Origin: an uncultured delta proteobacterium
GTDB taxonomy: Bacteria; Desulfobacterota; Binatia; UBA9968
DNA length: 59,322 bases
Assembly: GCA_963728565.1 (NCBI GenBank)
Contig: CAVSLC010000007.1
Location: 1 to 59,322 of the forward strand
Direction: 5' to 3'
In this document: piece after piece, positions 32,124 through 41,740 of the stretch
Position numbering within the stretch: position 1 is the first letter of the stretch
Layout of the letters: the number at the start of each line of letters is the position of its first letter
Translations under genes and position numbers: made by a program
Notes under the pieces: generated by a model
What the model was told of the DNA's origin: nothing
The model's database searches: none
The model's input: only the letters and a program-made list of their open reading frames with translations

Positions 32124-33757
32124 ATGCTGACTAACGAAATTCGTAATCAAATAGATCAAATCTGGAATGCGTTCTGGTCCCGTGGAATTTCCAATCCGCT
32201 GGAAGTGATCGAGCAGATAACCTATCTACTGTTCATCAAGCGGCTGGACGAGCTTCAGACACTCGAAGAATTGAAAGCTACTCGCCTGAAAAAGCCCATC
32301 GAGCGGCGGTTGTTTCCCGAGGGCAAGGACGACCACTCCCGATCTCCGAGGTCATACGAGGACTACCGCTGGTCGCGTTTTCGAAGATTTCCACCTGCCG
32401 ATATGTACAACGTGGTCGCCGAGCATGTGTTCCCGTTCCTTCGAACATTGGGCGGCGATGAGTCCACGTACGCGCATCACATGAAAGACGCGCGCTTCAC
32501 GATTCCTACGCCGGGACTGCTGGCGAAAGTCGTCGATATGATCGACCAGTGCCGATGGAGGAGCGCGACACCAAGGGTGATCTTTACGAGTACATGCTGG
32601 CGAAGATTGCGAGCGCCGGTCAAAACGGCCAGTTCCGCACGCCGCGCCACATCATCCGTTTGATGGTCGAGATGGTCGCGCCCAAGCCGGCCGACGTCCT
32701 CTGCGATCCGGCATGCGGCACGGCTGGTTTTCTCGTCGCGGCAGGCGAATATCTGCGCGAGCGACATCCAGAGATATTTCGCGACGCCAAACTCTCACGT
32801 CATTTCCATCATGAGTTTTTCCATGGCTTTGATTTTGACAACACGATGCTGCGCATCGGCAGCATGAACATGCTGTTGCACGGCGTGGAAAACCCGGATA
32901 TCCGCTACCGCGACTCTCTGGCTAATGACCACGCAGGGGAGGAGGAGAAATATACGCATCGTCCTCGCCAATCCGCCCTTTGCCGGGTCGCTCGATTACG
33001 AGAACACCGCGAAGGATCTGCTGCAGATCGTCAAGACGAAGAAGACCGAACTGCTTTTTCTCGCGCTCTTCCTCCGCTTGCTCAAGCCCGGCGGACGCGC
33101 CGCAGTCATCGTGCCCGAAGGCGTGCTGTTCGGTTCTTCCAAAGCGCACAAGGATCTTCGTAAAATTCTCGTCGAGCAACAGAAGCTCGACGCCGTCATC
33201 TCGCTCCCAGGCGGTGTGTTCAAGCCTTACGCCGGTGTCTCGACAGCGATACTCGTTTTTACCAAGACCAACTCCGGCGGCACTGACTACGTCTGGTTTT
33301 ACGACGTGGACGCCGACGGCATGTCGCTCGACGACAAGCGAACGGAACTCTTGTCTCCAGAAAAACTCGGTCCCATCCCCGGATCGCGCTCACTGCCGAC
33401 GAACACGCGAAGAACAATCTGCCCGACATCCTCACCCGCTGGCGCACTTTGCATTCACTCGCTGGCCCGGTTGCGGGAGAAGCAGATAAGGGCAACGGCA
33501 AGCAAGCGGCTCCGCTAGCTGCTGAAGACGCTGCCCGCTACGGCGGCGAATTCGCTCGCAAACGCACCGATCAGTCTTTCCTAGTACCCAAAGCCGACAT
33601 TGCCGCGCAGGGCTACGACCTCTCCATTAACCTCTACAAGGAAGTTGTCCACGCCGACGTCGCACAGCGACCGCCAGCAGAAATCCTCGCCAGCCTCAGC
33701 GAGTTAGAGGTGGAGATTCAGCAGGGTATTAAAGAGCTGGAGGAGATGCTGCGGTGA
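32124..33757 (+). pseudogene. hsdM: Type I restriction-modification methyltransferase subunit, three frameshifts (near 32549, 32956 and 33385)
   Basis: [38 protein letters not shown], motif [11 protein letters not shown], motif [20 protein letters not shown] and YDLSIN across four ORFs. Confidence 0.88.
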
Positions 33758-33786
33758 ATGGATGGAAGACCTTAGAGTGCTACTAC
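33754..33786 (+). pseudogene. hsdS: Truncated hsdS 5' stub
   Basis: GTGA overlap with the hsdM stop; reads MNGWKTLE, like HsdS N-termini, then runs into the transposase-element IR. Confidence 0.5.
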
Positions 33787-34805
33787 AGGGGTCAAATCTT
33801 TTGTTGACAATTATACAGGAGTTTTGTTAGGGATCTAACCATGTCACGGCCGTTACGCATTCAATTTCCGGGTGCGGTATATCACGTCATGAACCGCGGT
33901 GCTGCCAGACAGGTCACGTTTGTTAACGACGAAGATTACGAGGCGCTACTCAACACTCTAGCCCAAGCGCACCAGCTGTGGGGTATCGAGGTGTTTTCGT
34001 ATGCTCTGATGAAAAACCACTATCATCTATGCTTAAGGACACCCAACGGGAATCTATCGCGCGTGATGCGCCATGTCGACGGGCTCTACACCCAGCGATT
34101 TAACCGCAATCACAATCGTGACGGTGCGCTGTTTCGGGGCCGTTATAAGGCGATTTTGGTCGATGTCGACGAATACTTAGCTCAAGTGGTACGCTACATT
34201 CATTTAAACTCGCTGGAAACAGGAATGGTAAAACAGCCTGAGGAGTACCGCTGGAGCAGCCATCGACAATATTTACAAGCCAAAGCAGCGCCTGATTGGC
34301 TTAATACCGAAGAGGTACTGGAGCAGATGGGCGGAAAAAAAACTTTTCATGAGTTCGTGCTGTCCGGGAATGAAGCAGCCTTGGAAAAGTTCTACAAGGC
34401 TAGACATCAGAGTCCGGTGCTCGGAAGTGCAGAGTTTGTCGACAAAGTGAGGAGGCCAGAGGTGAAGCTGGACAAGGAAATACCGCGCTACCAAAGGCGA
34501 GGAGTACAGGCCACTGCGGAGCAGGTGATCGGCCGGGTTGCTGGAATGTACGCGATAGGTAAAGAGGCGGTGCTAAAGGGCGTCAGAGGTAAAGAGAACG
34601 AAGCGCGAAAGGTGGCGATGTATCTAGTCAGGCGGTGTTGCGACCAGACGTTGAGTGAGACGGCAAGAGTGTTTGGATTAGGCAGTTATGGGGCAGTGGG
34701 ATGGGGGTGCAATGCGATTCAAACAAGAATGGAAAAAGAGCGAAAGTTTAGAGTTAAGATGGAAAGTCTGGTCGCCAATATCTGTCAACAAAAGATTTGA
34801 CCCCT
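33787..34805 (+). mobile_element. RAYT-like HUH transposase element with perfect 23-bp terminal inverted repeats
   Basis: AGGGGTCAAATCTTTTGTTGACA (33787-33809) and its exact reverse complement (34783-34805); no target duplication. Confidence 0.85.
33841..34800 (+). CDS. Y1 (IS200-like/RAYT) transposase with C-terminal DnaA_C-like HTH
   Basis: MSRPLR...YHVMNRG, HUH motif NHYHL, LFRGRYKA, catalytic-Tyr region RYIHLN; C-terminal ARKVAMYL...TLSETARVFG. Confidence 0.92.
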   Translation: MSRPLRIQFPGAVYHVMNRGAARQVTFVNDEDYEALLNTLAQAHQLWGIEVFSYALMKNHYHLCLRTPNGNLSRVMRHVDGLYTQRFNRNHNRDGALFRGRYKAILVDVDEYLAQVVRYIHLNSLETGMVKQPEEYRWSSHRQYLQAKAAPDWLNTEEVLEQMGGKKTFHEFVLSGNEAALEKFYKARHQSPVLGSAEFVDKVRRPEVKLDKEIPRYQRRGVQATAEQVIGRVAGMYAIGKEAVLKGVRGKENEARKVAMYLVRRCCDQTLSETARVFGLGSYGAVGWGCNAIQTRMEKERKFRVKMESLVANICQQKI

Positions 34806-34876
34806 TTCGAGGCTAATTCGTCAAACGCGACTCCTCACATGCTCTATGATTTTAGCCACTCCGTTCTTCAGCCACG

Positions 34877-36139
34877 TCATCGTATACGCCGTGCCCGCGG
34901 CATGAGCGTGTAGATGGCGGTCATCGCCAGCGTGCCGGTTACGCCGAGCACGGCGGTCGCCCAGCGCGCGCCGATGAAGGTAGCCAGGCTGCCGATGAAC
35001 ATCGCGCCGACGACCAAAAGCACCTGCGTCATGTGGAAGATCGACATTGTCCGTCCGCGAAACTCCGGAGGAGAATAGAATTGGACGACGATCTGGATCA
35101 GCGCATGGGAGGTCACGTGGCACAGACCGACAAAGAACATTAACGCCATCGACACCACAAAAGAAGAAGACGCGGCAAACATCACGAGCAATATGCCGTA
35201 AAGAGCGACGCCGCCGATCATGACGAGCCCGCGCGGCATGCGGTCGCCGAGAAACGCCACCAGCAGCGAACTGAACAAAGCGCCGCCGCCCATGCAGGTG
35301 AGCAAGATCCCTTGTCCTCGGGCGCCGACCTGGAGGATATCGCGCGCAAATACCGGCAGCAAGGTAGTGAACGGAATCAGCAGAAACATGGCCGCGGATA
35401 CGACCAGAAGACCGACCCGCACTTCATAGTTTCTCCAGCTGAACCTCCAGCCTTCGAGAATGTTTTGCCGGAAAGATTCCGGATGTTCGGCAGGATTGTT
35501 TGCCACCCTTGATAAGCGCTGCTTCGGGCGGAGCATGATCGTCCAAACGGTCGCCAGCAGAAAGAAAAGCGCTTGAATCGAGTACGAGCCGGCGGTGCCG
35601 TACAAGGCGATGAGCACGCCCGCGAGCGCCGGCCCAGCGCTGCGCGCCGAATTAAAAACCACCGCATTGAGCCCCATGGCGTTGGTCAGGCAACTCGGTG
35701 GCACGGCATCGGCAACCATTGCCGCCCTCGACGGCAGTTGGAACGCCTGTACGGTCGCGAGGCCAAGCGAAGTCAAATATACGTGCCATGGTTGAATGTC
35801 GCCGGTGATGATCATCACGGCCACCCAGGCGTAGAGCAAGCCGTCGACCACTTGCGCGATCAGGATCTGCGTTTTGCGTGAGTAGAGATCGGCGGTGCTG
35901 CCGGCGATCGGCGATAACAATAATGTCGGAATTGCCTGGACGCCGCGCACCAGTCCGAGCTGAAAAGATGAGTTGGTCAGCTCGTAGATCAGCCAGCCGC
36001 GCGCGATGGAGTCCATCCAGGTGGCCATTGCGGTGAACACCTGGCCGTACCAGAGAAGGCGAAACTCTCGGTAGTTGAGCGACTCGAGCGCGCGCCATTT
36101 GAGTGGAGAAATCGCCTTAATCCGGCGCGGCCACGTCAT
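34877..36139 (-). CDS. MFS transporter (MFS_3/EntS-like)
   Basis: LNYREFRLLWYGQ, ARGWLIYELT and FQLPSRAAMV motifs; about 12 TM segments. Confidence 0.92.
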   Translation of the reverse strand: MTWPRRIKAISPLKWRALESLNYREFRLLWYGQVFTAMATWMDSIARGWLIYELTNSSFQLGLVRGVQAIPTLLLSPIAGSTADLYSRKTQILIAQVVDGLLYAWVAVMIITGDIQPWHVYLTSLGLATVQAFQLPSRAAMVADAVPPSCLTNAMGLNAVVFNSARSAGPALAGVLIALYGTAGSYSIQALFFLLATVWTIMLRPKQRLSRVANNPAEHPESFRQNILEGWRFSWRNYEVRVGLLVVSAAMFLLIPFTTLLPVFARDILQVGARGQGILLTCMGGGALFSSLLVAFLGDRMPRGLVMIGGVALYGILLVMFAASSSFVVSMALMFFVGLCHVTSHALIQIVVQFYSPPEFRGRTMSIFHMTQVLLVVGAMFIGSLATFIGARWATAVLGVTGTLAMTAIYTLMPRARRIR

Positions 36140-36910
36140 ATGCGGGCGGATCTGCTATGGTGGAGCCGACAAAGATCCGCGCCGCAGTCCGCTTTCGCTA
36201 ATTTGATCTGTCTGACGACGGCAAGCTCGCCGATATGGAATGTTCCGGCAGCGATCGCTATCTGGAGTTGCCGAGAGAATGCGTTGCATCCTCTCGCGTG
36301 GTTTAGAATCATGGGTGAGCCCGCCATTGTCACTTCCTTGGAACTGTAGTTCTCCAGCGCTGCATCTACTGCGGCCATCGCTAGAAATCAATACTCCCAG
36401 TCTTAAAAGAAGTGTTCACAATGGATATTCGCCAGGTTTATTCCTTCGCGTAAAAACACCCAGCGCGCCTTTACGCGGCGCGTCGACTGTGAACCTTACA
36501 CTGCGAATTTCACAGACGAATTGAGGTACATCGGCGGCAGAATCGCCGTCGCCGCGGAACTCGCGCAAGCAAAGGTGTGAGAGGGTCGTGGCCGTGTCCC
36601 TCGGTGTCGTTGAAAATCGATTCTTCGGTATTGATGCCTGAAAATATTTCTTCCACAGTGCCTTATAACGAATGATCTCCAATCAGGCTAGCGTGAGCGT
36701 CCCCTTAGGCGGCCTTTAGCAACGAAACTTCTTTAAGGATTTGCCACCCATCGATACGGCGCATGGCGGTATTGCAACGGCGAAACATTCGTCAGGAAGC
36801 ACGAAGTGATCGACCGTGAGAGCGAACTCCACTATAGAAGCTCCGCTCAGACCGGGATATAACCGCCGCTGAGGGAAAGATATCAAAAGTAAGAGTTCCG
36901 TGGAGGATTT

Positions 36911-37921
36911 ATGTCGAAGCACCGTGCGAAACTGCAGATTCTAGTTGCCGCTTGCGTCTGGTTCTTTCTACTTTGTACAACTCCGCTGAACTCGCATGCC
37001 GCGGCCCCGCCCAATCAACTGATGATCACGTTCGGCAGCCTCAGCGAAAGGGAAACTGCGCTTTTCGTTGCTCGTGATTATGGAATATTTGCCAAGCATG
37101 GCCTGGACGTGAAATTGGTTCATGTGCGCAACGGCGCCGTCGCGCTTTCGGCCTTGGCCAGCGGAGATGCGCAATTCTATCTGGGCGCCGCCACCGGTTC
37201 CACTCTGGGCGCCATTGCCGGCGGTTTGGACGCGGTGTTCGTTACCAGCTTGATCCATAAATTGGAAGGCACGTTCGTCGTCAACCCGTCCATCAAATCC
37301 CCCGCCGAGTTAAGAGGCAAAACCGTCGGTGTCACGAGCCTTGGCGGCGGCGTATGGATGCGCTCGATGCTGACCTTCGAGCATTGGGGCCTGGAGCCGC
37401 AGAAGGACAAAATAAATTTGCGGGTAGTGGGGGACGAATCACTTCTGGCCCAGGCGATGCCGAACGGCATCATCGACGGCTCCTATTTCAACTACACCTT
37501 TGCTTCCGTCCTCGAGCGCCAGGGCTTCCGCGTGCTCGCCGATCTCGCCAAGCTCAACATTCCGTATCAGAACACGGCGCTCTTGGCGCAGCGGCGCTAT
37601 CTCAACGCTGCCCCTGAGACCACCGAGAGATTGCTGCGAGCTGTGTCCGATGCGGTGATCTTCGTCCTGAACCCCAAAAACAAAGAGCTGGTGCTTAAGA
37701 GTCTGTCCAAGGGACTGCGTCTCCCCCGCCCGGAGGACGCGCTTGGCGGTTACGACCGCCTCGCCAATTTGTACGAGCGGCGCATCTATCCCAACGTCGA
37801 TGGGATTCGTTCGACAATCCGGTTCCTCGGACCCGGCAATGAAAAGATCCGAGCTCTCAAGGCGGAAAACCTGGTGGACGATAGATTCGTAAAGAAGTTG
37901 GAACAGGAAGGCCGTTTCTGA
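36911..37921 (+). CDS. ABC transporter substrate-binding protein (NMT1/SsuA-like)
   Basis: GGAGG RBS; signal peptide; GIFAKHGLDV, LRGKTVGV and VDDRFVKKLEQEG motifs. Confidence 0.9.
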   Translation: MSKHRAKLQILVAACVWFFLLCTTPLNSHAAAPPNQLMITFGSLSERETALFVARDYGIFAKHGLDVKLVHVRNGAVALSALASGDAQFYLGAATGSTLGAIAGGLDAVFVTSLIHKLEGTFVVNPSIKSPAELRGKTVGVTSLGGGVWMRSMLTFEHWGLEPQKDKINLRVVGDESLLAQAMPNGIIDGSYFNYTFASVLERQGFRVLADLAKLNIPYQNTALLAQRRYLNAAPETTERLLRAVSDAVIFVLNPKNKELVLKSLSKGLRLPRPEDALGGYDRLANLYERRIYPNVDGIRSTIRFLGPGNEKIRALKAENLVDDRFVKKLEQEGRF

Positions 37922-38001
37922 GTCGGTCTAACTAACTCGATCGGCTAGAAAAATTCATTCAGGTTCTTCTTTCGGTACGACGGATCTGATGGAATAGAAC
38001 T

Positions 38002-38229
38002 ATGGCTGACCGAATTTCAAAGCTGCCCCGCGGTAAAAAAATCCCTCCCATCGATGTTGTCCGCGCCAGATTGCGCGATCACGTCGAGGTTGTCCTGGCG
38101 TCCAATAACGAGGCGCTAATCCGGATGGTTGAGCGGTTTTTTGCCGAAACGATCGACCGCCTGATCCAGGAGCGTCCGAAAGCCAAGGTCGTTCCGATTA
38201 AGCAAGAGAGTCCGAAGAGTGATAAGTAA
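38002..38229 (+). CDS. Small hypothetical protein
   Basis: 75 aa ATG ORF in an otherwise empty gap; amphipathic helical composition. Confidence 0.55.
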   Translation: MADRISKLPRGKKIPPIDVVRARLRDHVEVVLASNNEALIRMVERFFAETIDRLIQERPKAKVVPIKQESPKSDK

Positions 38230-38520
38230 GTGCAACGGTGTCAGGCGCTACACCCGCTGGCGCTGGATTACCCACAGAATCGGGTGCTGTCGGTGTACGT
38301 TGGACAAAGACGATTCACAATGAGTCCGCCTCATAAACTCAGCGAATAACCAAAGACTACCGAGGTCAAAGACACCGTTTGTCTCCGGCTGACTTTACCG
38401 CTTAAGCAAAACCGCTAACAACCGCTATTCATCCGCAAATTGATGATTGTGCCCGCCAACGTTGCGAGGTCGTCTCGTCCGTTGTTATATAGGGTGACTC
38501 AGTATGATTAGGAAACCTCA

Positions 38521-39297
38521 ATGAAGATGATTTCACCCGTCAGCGAGTCGGCTTACTCCAAAGCTGTAGTGGCAGAGTACGGAACTCTCTTGTTTATCTC
38601 GGGACAGGAGTCCGTCGATCACGACGGAAGACTGATTGCGCCGGGGGATTTTAACGGACAGATCCAGCAGGTCTGGAACAACATGCGAGCCATCCTCGAG
38701 AAGGCCGGCGGCGAGCTCGACAAGATTGCCACGATGACGGTCTACACCACCGAACGACGCTGGGGCCGGCAGTTTACCGGTGGCAGAAAAGAAATTTTTA
38801 AAAAAGGTTTTCCGGCCAGTGCATTCGTCGAAGCTAGAAAACTCCGGACTCCCGGAGCGCTGCTACAGATTCCGGCCATCGCCGTTTTGGATGAAAGGAA
38901 AAGACATATGAGCGAGTCGCCTGAGAAATTATTCATCGATCCGTTACCCGAACTTGGGCAGTCGAGGGCCGTCAAGGTGCATGGAGGCAGTATGGTCTTT
39001 CTTGCCGGTCATACGGCCGGGGAAATGCCCGACGGCAGCGAAGCCTTCAATTTTACGCTACAGGCCAAGCGTACGTTTGATAGGATAAGAACCTCTATAG
39101 AATCAGCCGGCGGCCGGCTATCCGACATCGTCAGCATGTCGGTTTTCATGACCGACATGCGGCACGTGTCCGAGTTTCAGAACGTGCTCAGAGATCTTTT
39201 CGCTGATAATTTGCCGGCGAGCTCGTACGTGGAGGTAACCCATTTGGCGCGGCCTGAGCTTTTGCTGGAGATTCAACCCATCGCCGTCGTGGCCTAA
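38521..39297 (+). CDS. Tandem RidA/YjgF-family domains (fusion, or two genes joined by an indel)
   Basis: Two Rid domains: YSKAV...LFISGQ...FPASAFVE and SRAV...FLAGH...LPASSYVEV...LLEI; internal ATG 38908 preceded by AAAGGA. Confidence 0.85.
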   Translation: MKMISPVSESAYSKAVVAEYGTLLFISGQESVDHDGRLIAPGDFNGQIQQVWNNMRAILEKAGGELDKIATMTVYTTERRWGRQFTGGRKEIFKKGFPASAFVEARKLRTPGALLQIPAIAVLDERKRHMSESPEKLFIDPLPELGQSRAVKVHGGSMVFLAGHTAGEMPDGSEAFNFTLQAKRTFDRIRTSIESAGGRLSDIVSMSVFMTDMRHVSEFQNVLRDLFADNLPASSYVEVTHLARPELLLEIQPIAVVA

Positions 39298-39445
39298 CAG
39301 GCTGCTGAAAAAGACCCATATGCTTCGTTACGCTCAAATCGCCTCGCTGCAACGTACTGTGAGTACGTCTTAGCTCGTCGATTTTTCGCGCGCCTCGGGT
39401 CTGAATCTTTTGAGCAGCCCGCAACCAGAGTTTCTCAGCAACCCA
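39295..39445 (-). mobile_element. MITE-like repeat, copy 4 (variant A)
   Basis: Begins TAACAGGCTGCTGAAAAAGACCCATATGCTTCGTT, nearly the reverse complement of the 41441 copy; starts at the Rid stop codon. Confidence 0.85.
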
Positions 39446-39457
39446 CTCGGAGAACGG

Positions 39458-40462
39458 ATGCGACTACTCTTTCTGTTGCTTGCAACTTTTCTGTTGGCAT
39501 TTCCTTTCAGCAGCGCCTATGCGCAATCCGAGGATGAGCTCATCGCCGGAGCCAAGAAGGAAGCAAAAGTCACCTTCTGGAGCGGCATGGCGCTGGACGA
39601 TTCGCGCCTCGTGGCCGCCGGGTTCGAGAAGAGATATCCCTTCATCAAGGTCGATATTTTCCGCGCCGGAGGCGAGCAGATCGTAAACCGCGCGATCGCT
39701 GAGACCGGCGCCGGGCAAAACACCGCCGACGTGCTCAATGCTTTCGCTTTGAAGGTGCTGCAAGAAAGAAATTTTCTGCAACCGTACGCCGCCCCTGAAG
39801 CGGCCGCTTATCCGGCGGCCTACAAGGATCCCAAAAATTTTTGGGTATCGTTGAAGAACAATTACAATGTCATCGGTTACAACTCGAGGCTGGTCAGTTC
39901 TCAGGAAGCTCCCAAAAACTGGGAAGATCTCCTGCATCCGCGTTGGAAAGACAAGCTTGGCATGGACGACGAAGAGTACTTCTGGTACGCCGGGATGCTC
40001 AAGCACTGGGGCGAAGCCAAAGGCAAAAAATACATGGAAGCCTTGGCCAAGCAGGGCATTCAGTGGCGCAACGGACACAATCTGCTGGTGGAATTAATGG
40101 GCGCCGGCGAGTATCCCGTTTCAGTCGTTATCTATCCTGAACGCGCCGAACAGCTGAAGGCCAAAGGGCAAACGGTCGAATGGGTGAAGACCACCGATCC
40201 GATTCTGGTCAATATGGACATCATGGGCATCGCGGCCAAAGCGCCGCGTCCTAACGCGGCAAAGCTGTTTTTTAACTATGTGCTTTCCAAGGAAGCGCAG
40301 ATGATTCTCCACAGCCGCCATCGCATCTCGGCGCGCACGGACATCCCGCCGCTGGTGGCAAGCATGGAACCCAAGAAACTTCCATTGGTGCCGCTCGATC
40401 CGGCAATTCCGACGAATGCGAGCATCGTTCGCGAGTTCCGATCTGTCTTTGGATTGAAGTAA
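39458..40462 (+). CDS. Extracellular solute-binding protein (Fe3+/polyamine ABC type)
   Basis: Signal peptide; GAKKEAKV, FEKRYPFIKV, WEDLLHPRWK and APRPNAAKLF motifs. Confidence 0.9.
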   Translation: MRLLFLLLATFLLAFPFSSAYAQSEDELIAGAKKEAKVTFWSGMALDDSRLVAAGFEKRYPFIKVDIFRAGGEQIVNRAIAETGAGQNTADVLNAFALKVLQERNFLQPYAAPEAAAYPAAYKDPKNFWVSLKNNYNVIGYNSRLVSSQEAPKNWEDLLHPRWKDKLGMDDEEYFWYAGMLKHWGEAKGKKYMEALAKQGIQWRNGHNLLVELMGAGEYPVSVVIYPERAEQLKAKGQTVEWVKTTDPILVNMDIMGIAAKAPRPNAAKLFFNYVLSKEAQMILHSRHRISARTDIPPLVASMEPKKLPLVPLDPAIPTNASIVREFRSVFGLK

Positions 40463-40591
40463 CCGGCGATCTTACGCGTACAGCGCAAACAGCTCATTCA
40501 ACCATTCGCATGTGCGACGTTCACTAGCAGGAAATCGTCTAGCGGTGATACGTTGCGCGCAGTTAGCCGACCGAAAGGAGAGGACGTGACG

Positions 40592-41366
40592 ATGGAAATC
40601 ACAAGTGACAAGTTCCTCCTGTTCACCCAACCTGGTTGAAGCAGTTGCCTTAGAACGAAAGAGTTTCTTTCGAAAAAAGGCATTGAATTTTCGAGTATCG
40701 ACGTTCTGAACGACCCCGCCGGGCGAGAGCAGTTGCTCAGCCTGGGGGCGCAGAGCGTGCCGGTTCTGTCAAAGGATGGGCAGTTCATCTTCTGCCAGAA
40801 TATGGAAGACGTCGCTGAATTCGTCGGCCTGCAAGGCAGCGGAGACAGTCCGCTTCCTCCCGAAGCATTGTTCGAGAAATGGATCACCGTGCTGCGCGCA
40901 TCGCAACGTTACGTTCGCCAGATTCCCAACCCGCGACTCACCGGAGCGAGCTATCGAAAATCGCGACCGCTCGATCCGGCTTCTAAGCCATCACATTTTT
41001 CGCATCGGCGAAGCTTTCCTCGATACCGCCTTGGATGATGTGGAATACCGCACCAACAATGCCAACGTGCCGCCCGCCGACGGCAGCTGCTTGACCGGTG
41101 TCGAGATTGCCGCTTATGGTGACGGCATTATCGAAAGGATTAAGAACTGGTGGACCCAGCTCGAAGACAAAGCCTGCCGGCAAAAGGTCAGAACATTTTA
41201 TGGCATGCCGCCCATGCACCAACTGTTGGAGCGCTCAACTTGGCACTCAGCGCAGCATGCGCGCCAGTTGATCGCCGTGCTCGAGCGCCTGCGCATCGAA
41301 CCCGACAATCGGTTAACCGCTGAGGATCTTGCCGGACTACCTCTCCCCGAAGGGATTTGGGAGTAG
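40592..41366 (+). CDS. Putative selenoprotein: glutaredoxin (UxxC) fused to a DinB-like domain; 1-nt frameshift near 40943
   Basis: AAAGGAG RBS; reads FTQPG(TGA)SSCLRTKEFL...GIEF..IDV...GAQSVPV (glutaredoxin fold), then LLSHHIF...ERSTWHSAQHARQL (DinB-like His motif). Confidence 0.8.
40647..40681 (+). promoter_or_regulatory. Bacterial SECIS-like hairpin
   Basis: GCCTT/AAGGC lower stem, 4x4 internal loop, CGAAAGA/TCTTTCG upper stem, G-initiated apical loop 23 nt after TGA 40637-40639. Confidence 0.65.
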
Positions 41367-41440
41367 TAGAGCATCAACGATGTTTCACGATGAGGTTTCA
41401 AAGATCTCACGTGATCCTCGGGTGCAGATCCGGTCAAACC

Positions 41441-41597
41441 CTAGCAGGGTGCTGAAAAAAGCCTCTTGCAGGCTGCTCAAAAAGATCCAGATGCAAGGCG
41501 CGCGAAAAATCGACGAGCGGAGGCGTACTTACAGTACGTTGCAGCGAGGCGATTGAGCGGCAACGAAGCATATGGGTCTTTTTCAGCAGCCTGCTAG
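41441..41597 (+). mobile_element. MITE-like repeat, copy 5 (variant A, most intact)
   Basis: CTAGCAGGGTGCTGAAAAA...TTTTTCAGCAGCCTGCTAG terminal IRs, CTAG at both ends, and a second internal left end GCAGGCTGCTCAAAAA. Confidence 0.88.
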
Positions 41598-41740
41598 GCA
41601 GTACCTCGCCGAAACGTTAGTTGTTGATCCACCAGACTTTGCCGATCTCGCCTCCTGCTGATTTGCATAGCCTTGCGAGATTGGCTACTGTCGAAAGTTC
41701 CACAGTCAGCCGCAAACCCGCGTTTATTTCTGGAGGAAAA

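Noticed and set aside
32124-33757. Phase variation or programmed frameshifting in hsdM
   Set aside because: The shift sites lack long homopolymers, simple repeats or slippery heptamers.
36140-36910. Short ORFs in the gap between the MFS and SBP genes
   Set aside because: No recognisable motifs, RBS or repeat structure.
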